Positions 36,621-52,865 of a stretch of 64,000 nt of DNA are shown here, in pieces (the first letter of the stretch is position 1; the number at the start of each line of letters is the position of its first letter). This DNA is from Parasitella parasitica NRRL 2501 (Eukaryota; Fungi; Mucoromycota), in the NCBI GenBank assembly GCA_025201805.1, contig MU619242.1, positions 267,507-331,506 on the forward strand, written 5' to 3'. The notes below the pieces were generated by a model, which worked only from the letters and a program-made list of their open reading frames with translations, had not been told where the DNA came from and did not search any database. A program made the translations under genes and the position numbers.

Positions 36621-38883
36621 ATGAAACAAAGTGCTGTACACCCTATTAAAGTAACGACTAGTTCTATAACCATCATGAAAAACGCCAAAAATATGTGCAC
36701 AACTCAAAAAACGAAAAACACGCGATGGCTAGTCGATAAACCAGAGCGCAGCGACATATGGACAAATACGAATAATACCGATGAAAGACAACGCATTCGA
36801 GAGTTTTGGCTGCAGTTATCAGAAGAGGAAAGGAGATCCTTGGTAAAAGTTGAAAAGGACGCCGTACTTCGCAAAATGAAAGAACAGCAGAGACATAGCT
36901 GCAATTGCTCCGTGTGTGGTAAAAAAAGGTTGGAATTTTTTGTTAGGATTTACTTTAAGCCAATATACTAAATCTCGCTGTCTCCATGGAAATCCAGAAC
37001 TACCATCGAGGACGAGCTTGAGGTTTTATATGACGCCTATTATGAAGAGTTGGAACAATATGCTTGTCGTCAGCAACAAAATGGCATCCACAGTAGCGAC
37101 AGTCATTCTGAAGACGAAGGCGACGACGACGACGATGATGGCGATGACGACGACGAAGATGTAGATGTGAATGATTATGATGACCAAGAAGAAGATGATG
37201 ACGATAACGGCGATGGATACAGGTCTGATGTAAACGAAAAAGAGCCTCATTTCTCCAAAACTCTTACAGTCAAAGGCAGCATAATCACGGTTGCCGATGA
37301 CCTTTTGAAGAATGACGGCAAAAAGTTTCTTGATTTGATCGAAAAGCTGGACGAAAAGAAAACAATGACAGAGAGACAAGTAGCCAATAGTCATTTATTC
37401 AACGAAGAGGATGATGATGACGATAATGATGACGATGATGATGATGACGACCAAGAGAATGGGGATGATGGGAGCGACGTTACTGATGATGAAGGCAATG
37501 ACGCTGGTAGCAAGAAAAGAGTAAATATACGCATAAAACGCACGCAGAGCCAATGTCTCATCCAAGTCAAGCAGGACTCCAGAACTGAAGAACAGCGAAT
37601 GGAAGAAGGTCGTAAAATGTTCCAAATCTTTGCGGCTCGAATGTTTGAGCAAAGAGTCCTTACTGCTTACCGAGAAAAGGTCGCGCAAGATAAACAAAAG
37701 CGTCTGATTGAAGAGTTAGAAGAAGAAGATAGGCAGCGTCAAGAAAGAGAGCGAAAAAAGCAGCAGGATAAAGAAAAGAAAAAGGATAAAAAACGGTAAA
37801 GAATCTCTATACTTTTGTACTTTTTTTTTTAACAGATACTAATACACGTATCACAACAAAAGGCAGCTTAAGCTTCAACAAGAACAAGAGCGCTTGGAGG
37901 CGGAAAAAAAGAGGAAAGAGGAAGAATTGGCTGCAGAAGCTGTTCGTCAACAGAAAGCGGAACTTGAGCGACAAAAAAAAGAGCAAGTGCGGTTAAAAAG
38001 AGACCAAGAAAAACGACAAAAAGAGGAAGAGAGATTACGGAAAGAGGAAGAGAGAAAAAAGCGACGATTAAAAGAAGAAAAGGCCAAAGCAGTAGAAAAA
38101 GAAAGGCGGCGTAAAGAGGAGGAGGAACTGAAGGAGAAGCAGAGAGCCGAAGAGAAATTGAATCAAGAAAGAAAACGTAAATTACATAATACCAAGATAC
38201 CACAACAGGAGGAGGAGGAGGAGGAGGAGGGAGAGGAAGAGCTGTCATCACCAAACACCCATCATCTTCTCTTGGATTCCTCTGTAACTGTTGATATTAT
38301 ACCAAACAGACGTAGGGTTTCAGTTGCTGGTCCTATAGGCAGCCCCATAAAATCAAGGCCAATGTCATCGCATATTGCTTCCAACGATAGTGCAAACCGC
38401 AATTCTTTCTTTTCAAACTTTTTATTTGGACCTATACAACACAACAAGACGTCAGACAGAAGATATTCTGCAGGTGGAGACAATGTGAACACTAGCTTGA
38501 AATGGACAAATGGATGGACCCCATTGACAGCCTTATCAGATAATGTTCACGATAAACTGTTTGGCGATGTTTTATTCAAAAGTTCTTTGATATTGGAGAG
38601 GGCAAAATTGTCTTATCTAAAGTTGGATGAACTAGCCCAGATCAAGTATCTCGTCAAGCCGAATTACCATCCGCTGATTCAATTGCATCAAATGTTACAT
38701 GAACTGTATCATCATCATCCAGATCATGTTCCAGTCGATCCACGAGAATTATACGAAGCCTTAAATCAGCCGTTAAGTGGATTTCAATGTATCCAACATC
38801 AACAACATGGTTATATTATCCGGCTGTTGGACATGTCAAGCACATCACCGCAGCCTCCACCCTTACTCTACAACCTCATTTAA
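36621..38883 (+). CDS. NST1: Stress response protein Nst1 (multi-exon)
   Basis: [90 protein letters not shown], long E/K/R coiled coil. Confidence 0.9.
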
Positions 38884-38939
38884 CAAAATCTCACCTCTCA
38901 CTCAATTTTTTTCTTTTCTTTTCTTTTCCTTTTTTTTTT

Positions 38940-39013
38940 NNNNNNNNNNNNNNNNNNNNNNNNNNNNNNNNNNNNNNNNNNNNNNNNNNNNNNNNNNNNN
39001 NNNNNNNNNNNNN
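38940..39013. other. Assembly gap (74 N) between poly-T and poly-A tracts
   Basis: Run of N. Confidence 1.
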
Positions 39014-39043
39014 AAAAAAAAATCATATTTATTACCAATAAAT

Positions 39044-41058
39044 TTATTGATTCCAATATTGCTGATTTCCGTTACTACGACTTTGCTGTCCATAGGACGA
39101 AAACATGGGCGATTGCCCGTTGAAATAATTAGTATACGGTTGCTGAATGCTAGGTGCGGCCGTGGCGGGGGTTGTGGCGGAGGTGGCAGATTTTTTATTT
39201 GCTTCGGGCGAGGTTGTGGTGTTATGAGTGCTGTTGCCTAATCCGAAATTGTCAAACCCTCCATACAGCTGATTCGCGTACATAGAAGATGCCCCTCCGT
39301 AGGGAGACGAGATAGGATTTGCCAAGTTGGCAGTTCCAGACTGATCGTATCTTTGATTCAGAGATGGCTGGCCGTAGGAGGTGGTGGTGGTGGTGGAGGA
39401 GGAGGGGTAGGCGTTCAAGTGGTTTTGCATGTAATAATAAGGATAGAACGACTGCATATTATTGTACTGCTGCGGTTGTTGTTGTTGATAGATATCAGTG
39501 GCTGCAGGAATAATACCGCCATTAGCAGCCGTAGTTATGGAGGATGTTGCAGTTTTGGAGTTATTTACATTCGAGTCGTTTTCATGATGGTGTTGGTTGC
39601 TGAATAAGGCTGAGGAGGAGGAGGAGGAGTGGAAGAAACTGTCCGTAGCATTGCTACCATTGCCAGTGCCATTACCATACATGCCATAACCAGCATTGAA
39701 TGAGTTGTAGCCATGCAAACCAAATTGCTGGTATTGGTGCTGTTGCTGATACATTTGCTGCTGCTGGTACATTTGCTGTTCTGCGGGCTGTTGGTGGTGT
39801 TGGAGATGGTGCTGCTGTAACTGTGGAGCTTGATGTTGCTGTGGAGTGGGCTGTGTTTTCGTTACGGGCGCTTCGTCTTGCTGTTTCACAGAGTTCAGTA
39901 AATCAGCGACACTGGGGTGAGTGGAAATACTATATTGAGAAGGTTAAAATTTTTTTAGGCCCATGGCGTACACAACAAAAAAGACTTACACTTCGGGAAC
40001 GGTATCTTTCTCTTGCAGGCTTAAAGTATTGAAATTGATTGGAATGTCATCACCTAGAGTCTTTATAGTTTGAGGTTGTTCCGTTGATATTGTTGCTGTT
40101 GCTGCTGCTGCTGTCACTACTGCTGTCACTGCCGCAGGCGCTGATGGAGGAGGGGTTGATGGTTTGGTCGTATCTTGGATTGGCTGATCCCACTGATTTA
40201 GGCTGTCGCTCGTGGACGATGGTCCAGGCAGCCATGCGTTATCCACTTTCTGCAGTGGAGGGAGTTCTTTTTCGGATGTTTCACTCGAGTCAGTCTTGAC
40301 AGTCTCTTGCTCTGGCACTGTTTTCGATCTAGAATTTTGAGATTCTTTAATTATGCAGGTAAATAAGGCTGGGATTTGTGATATTTACTGTAATAAACTA
40401 GCCCATGTTTTTGCACCACTACCACCAGGATTACTATTACTTGTTTTAGTAGACGAAGAGGGGGTGGAGGACATCTTTTTAGGGGTACTGATTTCAACAG
40501 AATTCCAGCCATTTCCATCATCCAACTTGTATCGCGATGCACTCCAACCATCAGAATCTAGCTTTTTACTCGTTTCCCAGGCTACGGGATGGGATTTTGA
40601 ATAATGCGCAGATCGGTTCGAAGATGTTGCCGTTACTGCTGCAACGCTGCGCTGCTTCAGAGGTTTACTTGGTCTAGTTGTACTGTACGAAGGATATGTG
40701 GGAGCAGATAGCGCTGCACTGGGTGCAGTTGTCTCTAAGGTTGCTTTGTTTGCAGCAGCAGCTTCTTTTTTTGATTTCTTGGTTTTGACCTCGCCCCATT
40801 GATTAGCGTGGCCTTTTTTTTTTTTTAAACAGTAATTTTGAGACATTTATGTAAAAAAGAAAATGAGAAAAACTCATGCCATGTACCTTCACTGATTCGG
40901 TCAATAGCCAGTTCCAAGTCGCCGTCGGCATCTTGAAGTGTGAATAGAAGGTCGTCGTCTGTCCATTCTGTAAATAATTCTTTTAAAGTCGACAATTGTG
41001 AACTGTATTTTGACTTGAGTTTCTTAAGATCACTCTGTGCTCGCTCTGTTGTGCTCAT
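39044..41058 (-). CDS. DEF1: Def1-like CUE-domain protein with Q-rich C-terminus (4 exons approx.)
   Basis: [34 protein letters not shown]|[19 protein letters not shown]-rich tail ending QQYWNQ. Confidence 0.8.
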
Positions 41059-43140
41059 TTAGTTGTTATAAAAAGATTCTGTTTCTTCTTGAAGCAAAAA
41101 TAAAAATAAAAATAAAAAAAGAAAAAAAGAAGAAATAGGAAGGAAGAACAAAACATCCTTATTTATTAGTCAAGGAAAAAAAAATTGCATTGCCTGTGAC
41201 GTAGTAAAATAGCGTACATCTCGACATGGTGAATCTAATCAAGCATCTCTTGTGTATGGAAATAAGAAGAAACGGCATGCATCGGGCTGAAAAGGTTGGC
41301 TTTGGCCTGTCATCTGTCAATTGCGTCCAAGTATTTTTCACATTTGGTTGCCATTGGAAACGGTAAATTTCGCATTAGGACAAGGGTGATTGGCTACCTG
41401 TCAGCAAGATGTAATGACCTGTTGTAATTCGAATCGCCACATGGCAAGCCATGAACAAATTTCTTGGAGAAAAGCTGATCGTAAATGCGTACTCGGCGTA
41501 ATCAACCTTGGAGACTAGTTTTGCCAAAGTAGCACGTATTGACTGGTCCGATATACACACACATATAACTAGCGGTAGTGCTGCGATGAGCAAATAGGAT
41601 GCTGCTGACAATCATTCTAATCCCTATTGCCACTCTCATCTCGTTCGCTCCCTTTCTTTGCTTGCCTTTGCCATCTCGTTCTTCCTTGGTTCAAATGCAC
41701 CGACAGTGACTCCTATCCATGCTCCCCTGGTAAGTGTGTAAGTATAAATCGATATTTGACAACTTGGAATGTGAAAAACGGCGCTGACTTTGTGTGTAAA
41801 TGTACCGTAACTTCAGTTTTGGCTCAGTTTAGAGTGTGGAGGTACTGCTTGGCGTACTGGCATTTGCTCCTAGTGCTGTTTATACTACTGCGTGATCCTA
41901 GGAAATTTGATATTGTTTACCATGCTTCTTTTTTTTTTTTTTTTTTTTACAAATGAGCTGTAGTCCACGGTAGAAGCTTACTTTTTTTCATCCAATGTCT
42001 GATTTACGCTTCATGCCCACTAACTAATGGCTTCGAAAATGAGGCATCGGTTGGGCTCAAGGTGCAAGCTTTCGACTGTATTTTATTCTTTTTTTTTTTT
42101 TGTTATGACAAAATATATGCAAGAAGGAAGTACCAGCGAAGAATGTCGTATTGCTGTTTATATAGTATGATTGTGCGGTAAATCATGGTGTCATACGTGT
42201 TTGAAGCCAGCCATTCACCTGTTTTTGACCTAAATCTATAATGTATCGACAAGCTGTATTATGTAGAGTGCTCAGTGCATTCAAACTGTCGTGCTAATTG
42301 ACTCGGAAAGAGCACATTTACATGCATTTTAGCATGTTACTTTAGTGGCGCTGAGGATCGTACTCTTGACTCCACGCTGCTGTGATTTCAGACGGACAAG
42401 TTTATGTTTGGGTACAGCAAGTCTGAACAATACAGATCAAAATGCTGCGGCTGTAGATCGAAATGGCGATAGAAATTTTGTCTACTCCTGCATCCGGGTA
42501 ATCTTAATCGTCAATAATGAAAACATGTCGTAGACAAGGCCTGTGATTTATTCTAGGGAAGAGTGTATATGAGCACTTATATCGAATGACGCAGAAGACA
42601 TTGAGTCATCACCGCGATAAGCTTTATGTTTCTGCACTTGTGATTACATGGCTCCATTGCTGGACATTATATATAGCTCCACACTCTACAGTTGAAAGAA
42701 CAAGCACAGCCATGCTCTAAATCCACACACTTGGCGAGATATACCAACCTGCTCCATGCATACCAGACAAAGAGCTACATACGTCAAAGATAGACAACAG
42801 TGTACGCCATTGAGTTTATTTATTTATATACGATTACTTTATTTTCGTTATGTGGCGTGTGAGCCTTTTACGTATACCGCATTATATACGAATGGGTGTG
42901 TGTGTGTATGTGTGTGTGTACCGTCAGTTGCCCTTGCCCTATTTATTTGTTTTTGTTTGGCCAATTTCAACCCCATTCTCTCTCTCTCTCTCTCTCTCTT
43001 TTTCTTCTAACTTTGCGACAAAAAGCATCGTCTATCTTGATAAACACCCCCTTTTATTTTTCATTAAACACAACCCCGGATATCTACACCAAAAAGCCGC
43101 GTTTTTTTTTTTTTGGTCAACTTTACAAATCTACGGTAGA

Positions 43141-45856
<2,716 letters not shown>

Positions 45857-46033
45857 AAAAAAAAAAAAAAAAACTGTATTTCTATATATTTATAAATGTG
45901 AGAGAAATTACTGTGATTGCCTCTGATAATGCTTCAATCTCAATAACCGCTACACTAAAAGTTATCGTATGTTGCTCAGCCTTTCCAACACGCACTTTAT
46001 GATTCTACGACAATTTTATTCTATACCAATCAG

Positions 46034-48969
46034 TTAATAGTAATCCATATCGTTATTTTTGCCATTTCCTTGTTGATTTGCCTGGTCAAAGTAGAATTCA
46101 GACACTTGCTCACTAGTCGTAGCATTTTCAGGATCTTTATCATCACGGACACGAATAAAGCGAGGGAACCGTAGGGATATGCCCTTGTTTGGATCCACAC
46201 GGCCAACACCAGCCATATATCTAGGACTCACACTCAGATCCGCACACTTTACTTCCCAAACTTGACTGGGGGCAAACCAAATGTCAGGCTTCACAGCATT
46301 TTCGCCCAAACAGTAATACTGCTTGGGCGCATCAATGACGTGATCCTTCAAGGTGTCGTAGAACAGCTGCAGGTTTTCATCCGAGAAACCAGTACCGATC
46401 TTGCAAATCGTCTGATACTCTTCGGTTTCTGTATCGTAACAGGCCAACAGGAAAGCGCCATACACAGACGTACGCTTACCACGGCCATAATAAGCACCAA
46501 TGACGACCAAATCCATGGAATCTCCAACTCCATTCAGATAGTCTTTCTTTACTTTGAGCCAGTTGCGGGATCGTTTGGAGGGTTCGTATGTGGCTTCAGC
46601 GCTATTGTATGCTTTGACCATCAGACCTTCGCAGTTGCTATTGATAGAGACATCCAAAAAGGTCTGAATGTCTTCGATATTGTTTGAGTCCATGTGCTTG
46701 GCAAAATAGAACTCATGCTCTGTCTCTTGAAAAGCCTCAGTAAGCGCATCCCGGCGATCTTTGAGCGACTTTTGCAGCAAGGATTCGCCATTCAGGTACA
46801 AGCAATCAAACGCAAATACAGCAACTCGCACGGTGATGTCTTCTTCTTTGACGTCTTTGCGCTTTCGGGTGCTCAAGACTTGGAAAGGTAAGATTTTGCT
46901 CTCTTGTTTATCCCACGCCACTGCTTCACAATCCAAAATAAACGTCGCAGTTGTTGGTTTAATCCACTATTGCAACTTGTTAGAAAAAGTTGTTGGGATT
47001 TGCACAAATATAAAACGATGCTGCTTGCTTACCTGGTTGACAGCGTTCATAATGTCAGGGTATCTGACAGACATGTTTTCAGAATTACGGCTATAGACTT
47101 TAATGGTGCCGTCCTCGAGGCGATGGATCTAATGCAGCTACTTTGAGCCTATGCAAAAAGGTTTGCATTATGTGATTTGCATACCTGTGCTCGTTCACCG
47201 TCATATTTGAATTCGCAAGTGAATGCTTGCTTTTCAAACCGGTTCAATACTTCTGTCAGACTCTTGGTTGGATGTGCCAACATGGGCTTTAATGGGATGC
47301 CCGGATGCATGGTGCAATGCTTGATTAGCTCATCAACAGGGTATTTCAGTAAAGCAGGAATGATAACATCGTAGGATGGCAATTGACTAACACTGACGTT
47401 ATTGATGTATATCTACGTAAATAAATGCCACTTACTTGTACACATATTTTACAGTATCCACAGCAGATGATAGCATTTCTTCTTTTTGAGAGGTTGACAT
47501 TTTGGATTTAGCTATATTACGCAGTGTAAGCGCTAAAGTATCATTATCAAGTAAATGTCTCCCTTACATGTTTTACAAAGAACAACGGCTTGCGCCAATG
47601 CAGACAGAACAGTTTGTTCAGCCAAGCCAATCCGAAGTTTACCCTCCAGATGTCTAATGATGAATTTGGCCTCTTCGTCCTGACAGGCAACCAAAAGGCT
47701 TTTGATCTTGTCTACTTTTTTTGATTGCGCCTGGGAAAGAAGAGTTGCTGTAAATAAACCACACACTGCTATTTGGGAGAACATCTACTTACTGAATTAC
47801 CTGTGATCTTGGCAATCTCTTTGAGGGTGCGAAAGACGTGTCGCACAGTCAACGGTTTTGGCTTGAACAACGTTCGCTGCGAACCTTTGCTGTTCTACTG
47901 GAACGGATTAGCCACACCTCTCCACCACCATCACCACCACCACCACCAAAACTCCTCTGCTTACCATAGCAACTGTTCCGAGATCACCACATTTGACATA
48001 ATCTGCCTTTAACTGTTTCATGTCTCTTCCGGTTGATTGTGCTACAGCTTTCATCAGGAGTGATTCGCCTATACCAAGTTCGAGGCCTTCGTAATCAGGG
48101 CAAAGCTAATTTATAGCGCATAAAAACGTCAGCAAATAAAAATGCGTAATTTATCGAAATTATACCTTATTGATGCACATGTAAAGCAATTCAAGCAAAC
48201 CATCGGGCGCTGTATCGATGACCCTGACAAACAGCGTAACAAGATTCTCTGTAATTTCCAATCTCTTGGTGGTGTTTTCACACTTTGCAAACGTTTTGCA
48301 CAAAACAGCATAAGGAACACTATTTATACACAAAGACTATCAGATGTCAGTATGATGCATAAAGCCAGCAATGCTTACGGTGTGCCTTGCTTCCAGTCCA
48401 TGCTCGTTTCCAGAGGTCCTACAGAAGCACTTGGGTTTGGGGTGATTAATGAAATCTTGTCTAACAGGCCGCTGATATATTTACATTGTATGGATAATCG
48501 ACATCATTTCGAGCTTCTCCTTCTTGGCTTCTTTCTCCTCCTCAGCAGCTTCTTGGATTTCCTTGTCAAAGTCTTGGTCCGAGTGCTCCATGATATCGTC
48601 ATTGATAGGTACGTGGTCAACATCCATGTCCTCGGTTTTGTGAGCGTGGGATGACTCTTTTTCAGTTGGTTGCTCCAATGTACTGGTTTTAGCCTTTTGC
48701 AGTTGCTCCTCTTGCTCTGATTCTTCACTATCCGACACAATTACCCTCTTTCTTTTCTTGTGTCCAATTGAGTCTGTGATTGTCTCTGTAGTTGCAGCTG
48801 GGGCTTGCGCTTCTTTGGCTGGCTTTGCTGGTGGTTTGTTGGCATTGCTACCAAAAAAGGAGCTACAATAGATGTACCGTTTAGACAAAAAGATGTCAGC
48901 GAACGCACACACACATTTATGTTACTTTAAGCTCGATTGCTTCTTTTCGGTCTTTTTCTGCAAACTCAT
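46034..48969 (-). CDS. CDC9: DNA ligase I (multi-exon)
   Basis: [25 protein letters not shown], active-site [42 protein letters not shown]. Confidence 0.95.
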
Positions 48970-49190
48970 GGGTCGTTACAATGAACAAAAGGGAATTAAA
49001 ACGCGAGTGGAAAATCAAAACGCGACTTTAATACTGACCAGAGGATTTTGCTTTGGGTTTCAAAAACTGCAGCTTTGAGCGAAAAAAAAATAAAGGGTCG
49101 ATCCTGGTATCTCATTAAAAACATACAAGCGAATGAAATAGCCCCATGATTGTATGTATTTTTTTATTTATTTATTTATTCGCCTTCATT

Positions 49191-50409
49191 CTAGTTAACA
49201 GTGCGAGGAGCAACGTCTGAATCAGAGATGTGCTTGATGAATATGGTGTCTGGTGCGTGATCTCGCTCTCCTTCATCGAATGTGTAGCTGCTAGCAACAG
49301 CCAGCTTGGATCCGTCGTAATTGAACGCTAAGCTAGATATCTCATCAGGATACCCAGTCATATGCTTCACACGCTTTCTATTGACACCATCCCAAATGTT
49401 GACAACACAATCCGAACCGCCAGAGGCAAATGTGCCGAGTCTATTTCAAAGCGTCAGTTAGCAATCCGTAGCACTGCTGCCTACTGCTCTTACTTTGGAT
49501 GAAATGAAAGGGAATTAACTGGATACACGACCTCTGTATCGTTGATTGTTAAACGATGTGATTTGAACGCATATCGCTTGGCTTGTACTTCGGGCGCCAT
49601 GTCAAAGTATTCGAATGCAACACGGCCTTCAATGGCAGAGCAGGCGTACCCTTGGCCATTGGGCATCAATCTAATGCACTTTAGCATGTATTTGAGCGTG
49701 GTCTCTCTCACCTGCCAAGGCAAAGACATGTCCTCGACGTCGTATATATGTGTCTTGCGATCGCTCATTGCCACTGCTAACTTTTTATCCCGTAAATCCA
49801 TGCTGAATACCTTGGAGTTTAGCTCCAATTTGTGCTGCTCGGTGCCCGCTTGAGGATCCCATACACGCAGTGTTGTATCCCACGAACCTGTGTATACCTT
49901 GTCTATTGCCAACAACAGCAAAAAAGGTCAATCCACATTCGTCTCTTATGAAATATTTGAGTCTTACTTGTGGCTGAACTGTAGCAAACGCAACTGACAG
50001 CTGCATCATGCTGTCCAATGACAGATTCCTCGTTTGTGCTCAAATTGATCCTATATACGTGTGTTACTTTTGGGTTGGCAGACCAAGACTCTGACACTTT
50101 TTCACCATTTACATTTTAACCTTTTTATCCAAACCGCCAAAATAGACAACATTGTCGTCGCCAAAGCAGCAGTCTAAAATGGCTGAATCTGTGTTGAATG
50201 TCTGCAGTAATTCGTTCTTTTCCACATCATACAGTCGCAATGTCTATCCGCAACTTAGATCCTATGCTCTCCTTTGAAAGGGTATATACTATACGAACCT
50301 TGTCCCAAGACGAAACCAACAAGCAGCCAGGGTCGGTAGGATGAAAGCATACATTAGAGATGCCATCGTTGGGTGGGTTTTTCAGTTCTATTTGTGTTGG
50401 GTCGTTCAT
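49191..50409 (-). CDS. BUB3: Spindle checkpoint WD40 protein Bub3 (multi-exon)
   Basis: PPNDGIS...LLVSSWD, SAIEGRVAFEY, YAFKSHR, YPVNSLSFHP, ASGGSD..VNIWDGVNRKR, LAVASSYTFDEG (Bub3-type rather than Rae1-type). Confidence 0.88.
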
Positions 50410-50577
50410 TGTTATTGTTGTCTAATGTGGAAAGAAGTAGACTGGAAAAGATTGTTCGCGTTGTAATTTATTTTAATCAGCTTTAAATGTGACTCTTAAG
50501 GGTATAGTTAGGTACTGGTACGGGTACGGTACCTATAACCTGTACTAGCACTACTAGTAGTTGGCTTGCTTGTAGAC

Positions 50578-52044
50578 TTAGAGCAAATATTGGAGACGAA
50601 GCCTTGAAAAAAATCGGCGTCTTTGGTAGTCATCAAAGTCCTCCGGGACCTGAACAAACACATGGGTCCTTTCCGTTTTGATTGAGCCATCTAAAGTCAA
50701 AGGTACACTAGGAGACGTACTGGGAGCGGCGGGTTCGGGTGTGGTGGGAGTAGCTGGCGTATCGATCATAGAGGGAGGATGGGGCACAGGCGAAACAGGG
50801 CGATTTTTGGGCTCAAAAATCACATTGTTGTTTGATGCTATGCACAATAAGTCTGGAATCTCATCCAGCGTGTCAAACATGGAAAGCATGTGGTCATGGA
50901 GCGTAATATCATGAGCAGGAGAGTTACAATCCTTTGATAAAGGAGCAGACGCCAATTCTCCAGGCGTAGCCACTGGGGAAGACGGCCCATGTTCGTTATA
51001 GTCAGCCACTGCGTAAGAGGATGGTTCAAATGCAATTGTTTGATCAACTACTTCCTCGTAACCTGCAATACAGAGATTATCTGGAATCTCTGTCAAACTG
51101 TCAAATTGCAAAGCTGCTCGTTTCTGGTATTGTTGATATGCAAGTGAAGGCCTGCTGCTGTTGCTCTCATAATTACTGTTCCTGAGACGGTCGCTGGTAG
51201 CGTCTGCTCTACGTCGTTTTGTCTGACCCTGCACTTCTTCAGAGGCAGACTTGTTCTTCCGCTTAGTGTGGGATGGTAGTGGTGCCCTATTATATGTATA
51301 CATCATCGACAGCATAGCCTCCAAGAACCCTTCAATGAACGACAGTCGAGGATATTTAGCTTTCAATGCTAGAAGATGCCAGGTTAGTTTCTTTTGCAAT
51401 AACATTGGAGCTACAGTTTAGCATGTACCGGCAGACGGGAATACGACAGACATTGGATTTTTCAAGTTGTGAATATTTTGTTGCACTAGGTTTAACCAAT
51501 TTTCAACAGTTTTATGTGTGTGAGCATGCCTCAGGTCATCGGCAATCGCGATACGTGTTGGTTTACAATCAAAATCAACGACAATTACATAAGGGTATAT
51601 GCTGCCATTGATCCTCAAGGCAGATATAGAATAGGTCTTGATCACTAGGGCCTTTTCTTTTAACGAATCAGTGCTGAGCAGTAGATTTGAAAGACTACAT
51701 GATGACCTGTCAGTAACCCCAATTTTGAATTGAATTATGGTTTATCAACAAATACCCAAATCTTTCTCGAACATCGTCTATATTGAATAAAGCAGGTATA
51801 AAGTATTCCCCATCTGATATCTCCATCATTACCAATTCCACCCCCTGATCTTTGTTTCCCACATAAAGGCCCTAGCAGAAATAATCAAATCAGTCATTTG
51901 CCGTACTTTTATCAAGCGCTTAATCTTCATTCTCACTCGTTTAACAATTGTATTTTTGGATTTTGAGCTCAATACATTTAGCACATGGCTAGACCCTTCA
52001 GTGACCCAACTGTCTATCGAATCTATTGTCAACGACAATGGCAT
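50578..52044 (-). CDS. Hypothetical protein with N-terminal OB-fold, TPP1/Tpz1/Est3-like candidate
   Basis: Spliced exons 52044-51937, 51871-51756, ~51658-51440 and ~51393-50578 give ...DSWVTE...MEISDGEYFIPALFNIDDVRERFGKALVIKTYSI...YPYVIVVDFD, then a P/S/T-rich linker and a short basic-aromatic C-terminus. Confidence 0.5.
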
Positions 52045-52354
52045 AAATCACGATGTGTGTTATTTTTTTATTTTTTTTTTGGGAAAGCCTATTGAAGATG
52101 TCCGTGATTTTCGGCGACAAAGCGTTGTTTCGTTTAAGCTTCTTTGCCCGGACATGTTGTTTATGATTGCGTCACAGAGATGAAGAAAATGATGCTGTTC
52201 TTGAAGTGGGAGGCCCTAGTTGCAAATTATTATAATTGTAAGAAAGCAAAGATGAACACTTTTTTTTTTCTTCACTTTTTTCGAAAACTATCAAAAAAAA
52301 AAAAAGAACCCCACTCTTGCATTTAACTTCCATTAATATATACATTTAATCAAA

Positions 52355-52865
52355 ATGGGTCTTTCTGATTTTTTCTCTAGCTTTATGCCTACCGTCTACG
52401 CTGACGAAGAACCTCAAGAGGCTGTTGAGGAGGTTGTCGAGGAAGTAGTTGAGGAATCTCCCGCTGAGGAAGAGGAGGAAGAGGAAGAGGAACCCGAGGA
52501 TCCTAAGCCTGCTATTTGGGAAGGTAATCATACGAGTCGCCATGGGAACGGGAAAGAGACATTTAAACCGAATCAAATATAGTCTGCACTGAGAAATGTT
52601 CTGCTTTGAAGCATCATCTTGATGAATGTAACGAGCGTGTTGAAAACGGATCTAGCGAGAACTGTATGTAATTGTTCGATGTGGAAAATTTCCAAATGCT
52701 AAAATGCGATTGTGTAGGTATTGAGGAGTTTTTCCACTTTATGCATTGTGCTGATGAATGTGTAAGTTTGATATTCATGTCCTGATTTTATAAACCAACC
52801 CCATGCTAAATTCATTTTGCAATCAATGTTAGGCTGCTCCCAAGATCATGGCTGCTACCAAGTAA
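52355..52865 (+). CDS. QCR6: Cytochrome b-c1 complex subunit 6 (hinge protein), 4 exons
   Basis: Acidic N-terminus, EDPKPAIWE|VC..KC...HHLDECNERV...ENCIEEFFHFMHCADEC|AAPKI. Confidence 0.93.

Noticed and set aside
41350-42700. ncRNA or snoRNA between DEF1 and GEM1
   Set aside because: Splice-like signals and box-like words are present, but no recognisable RNA family or coherent ORF.
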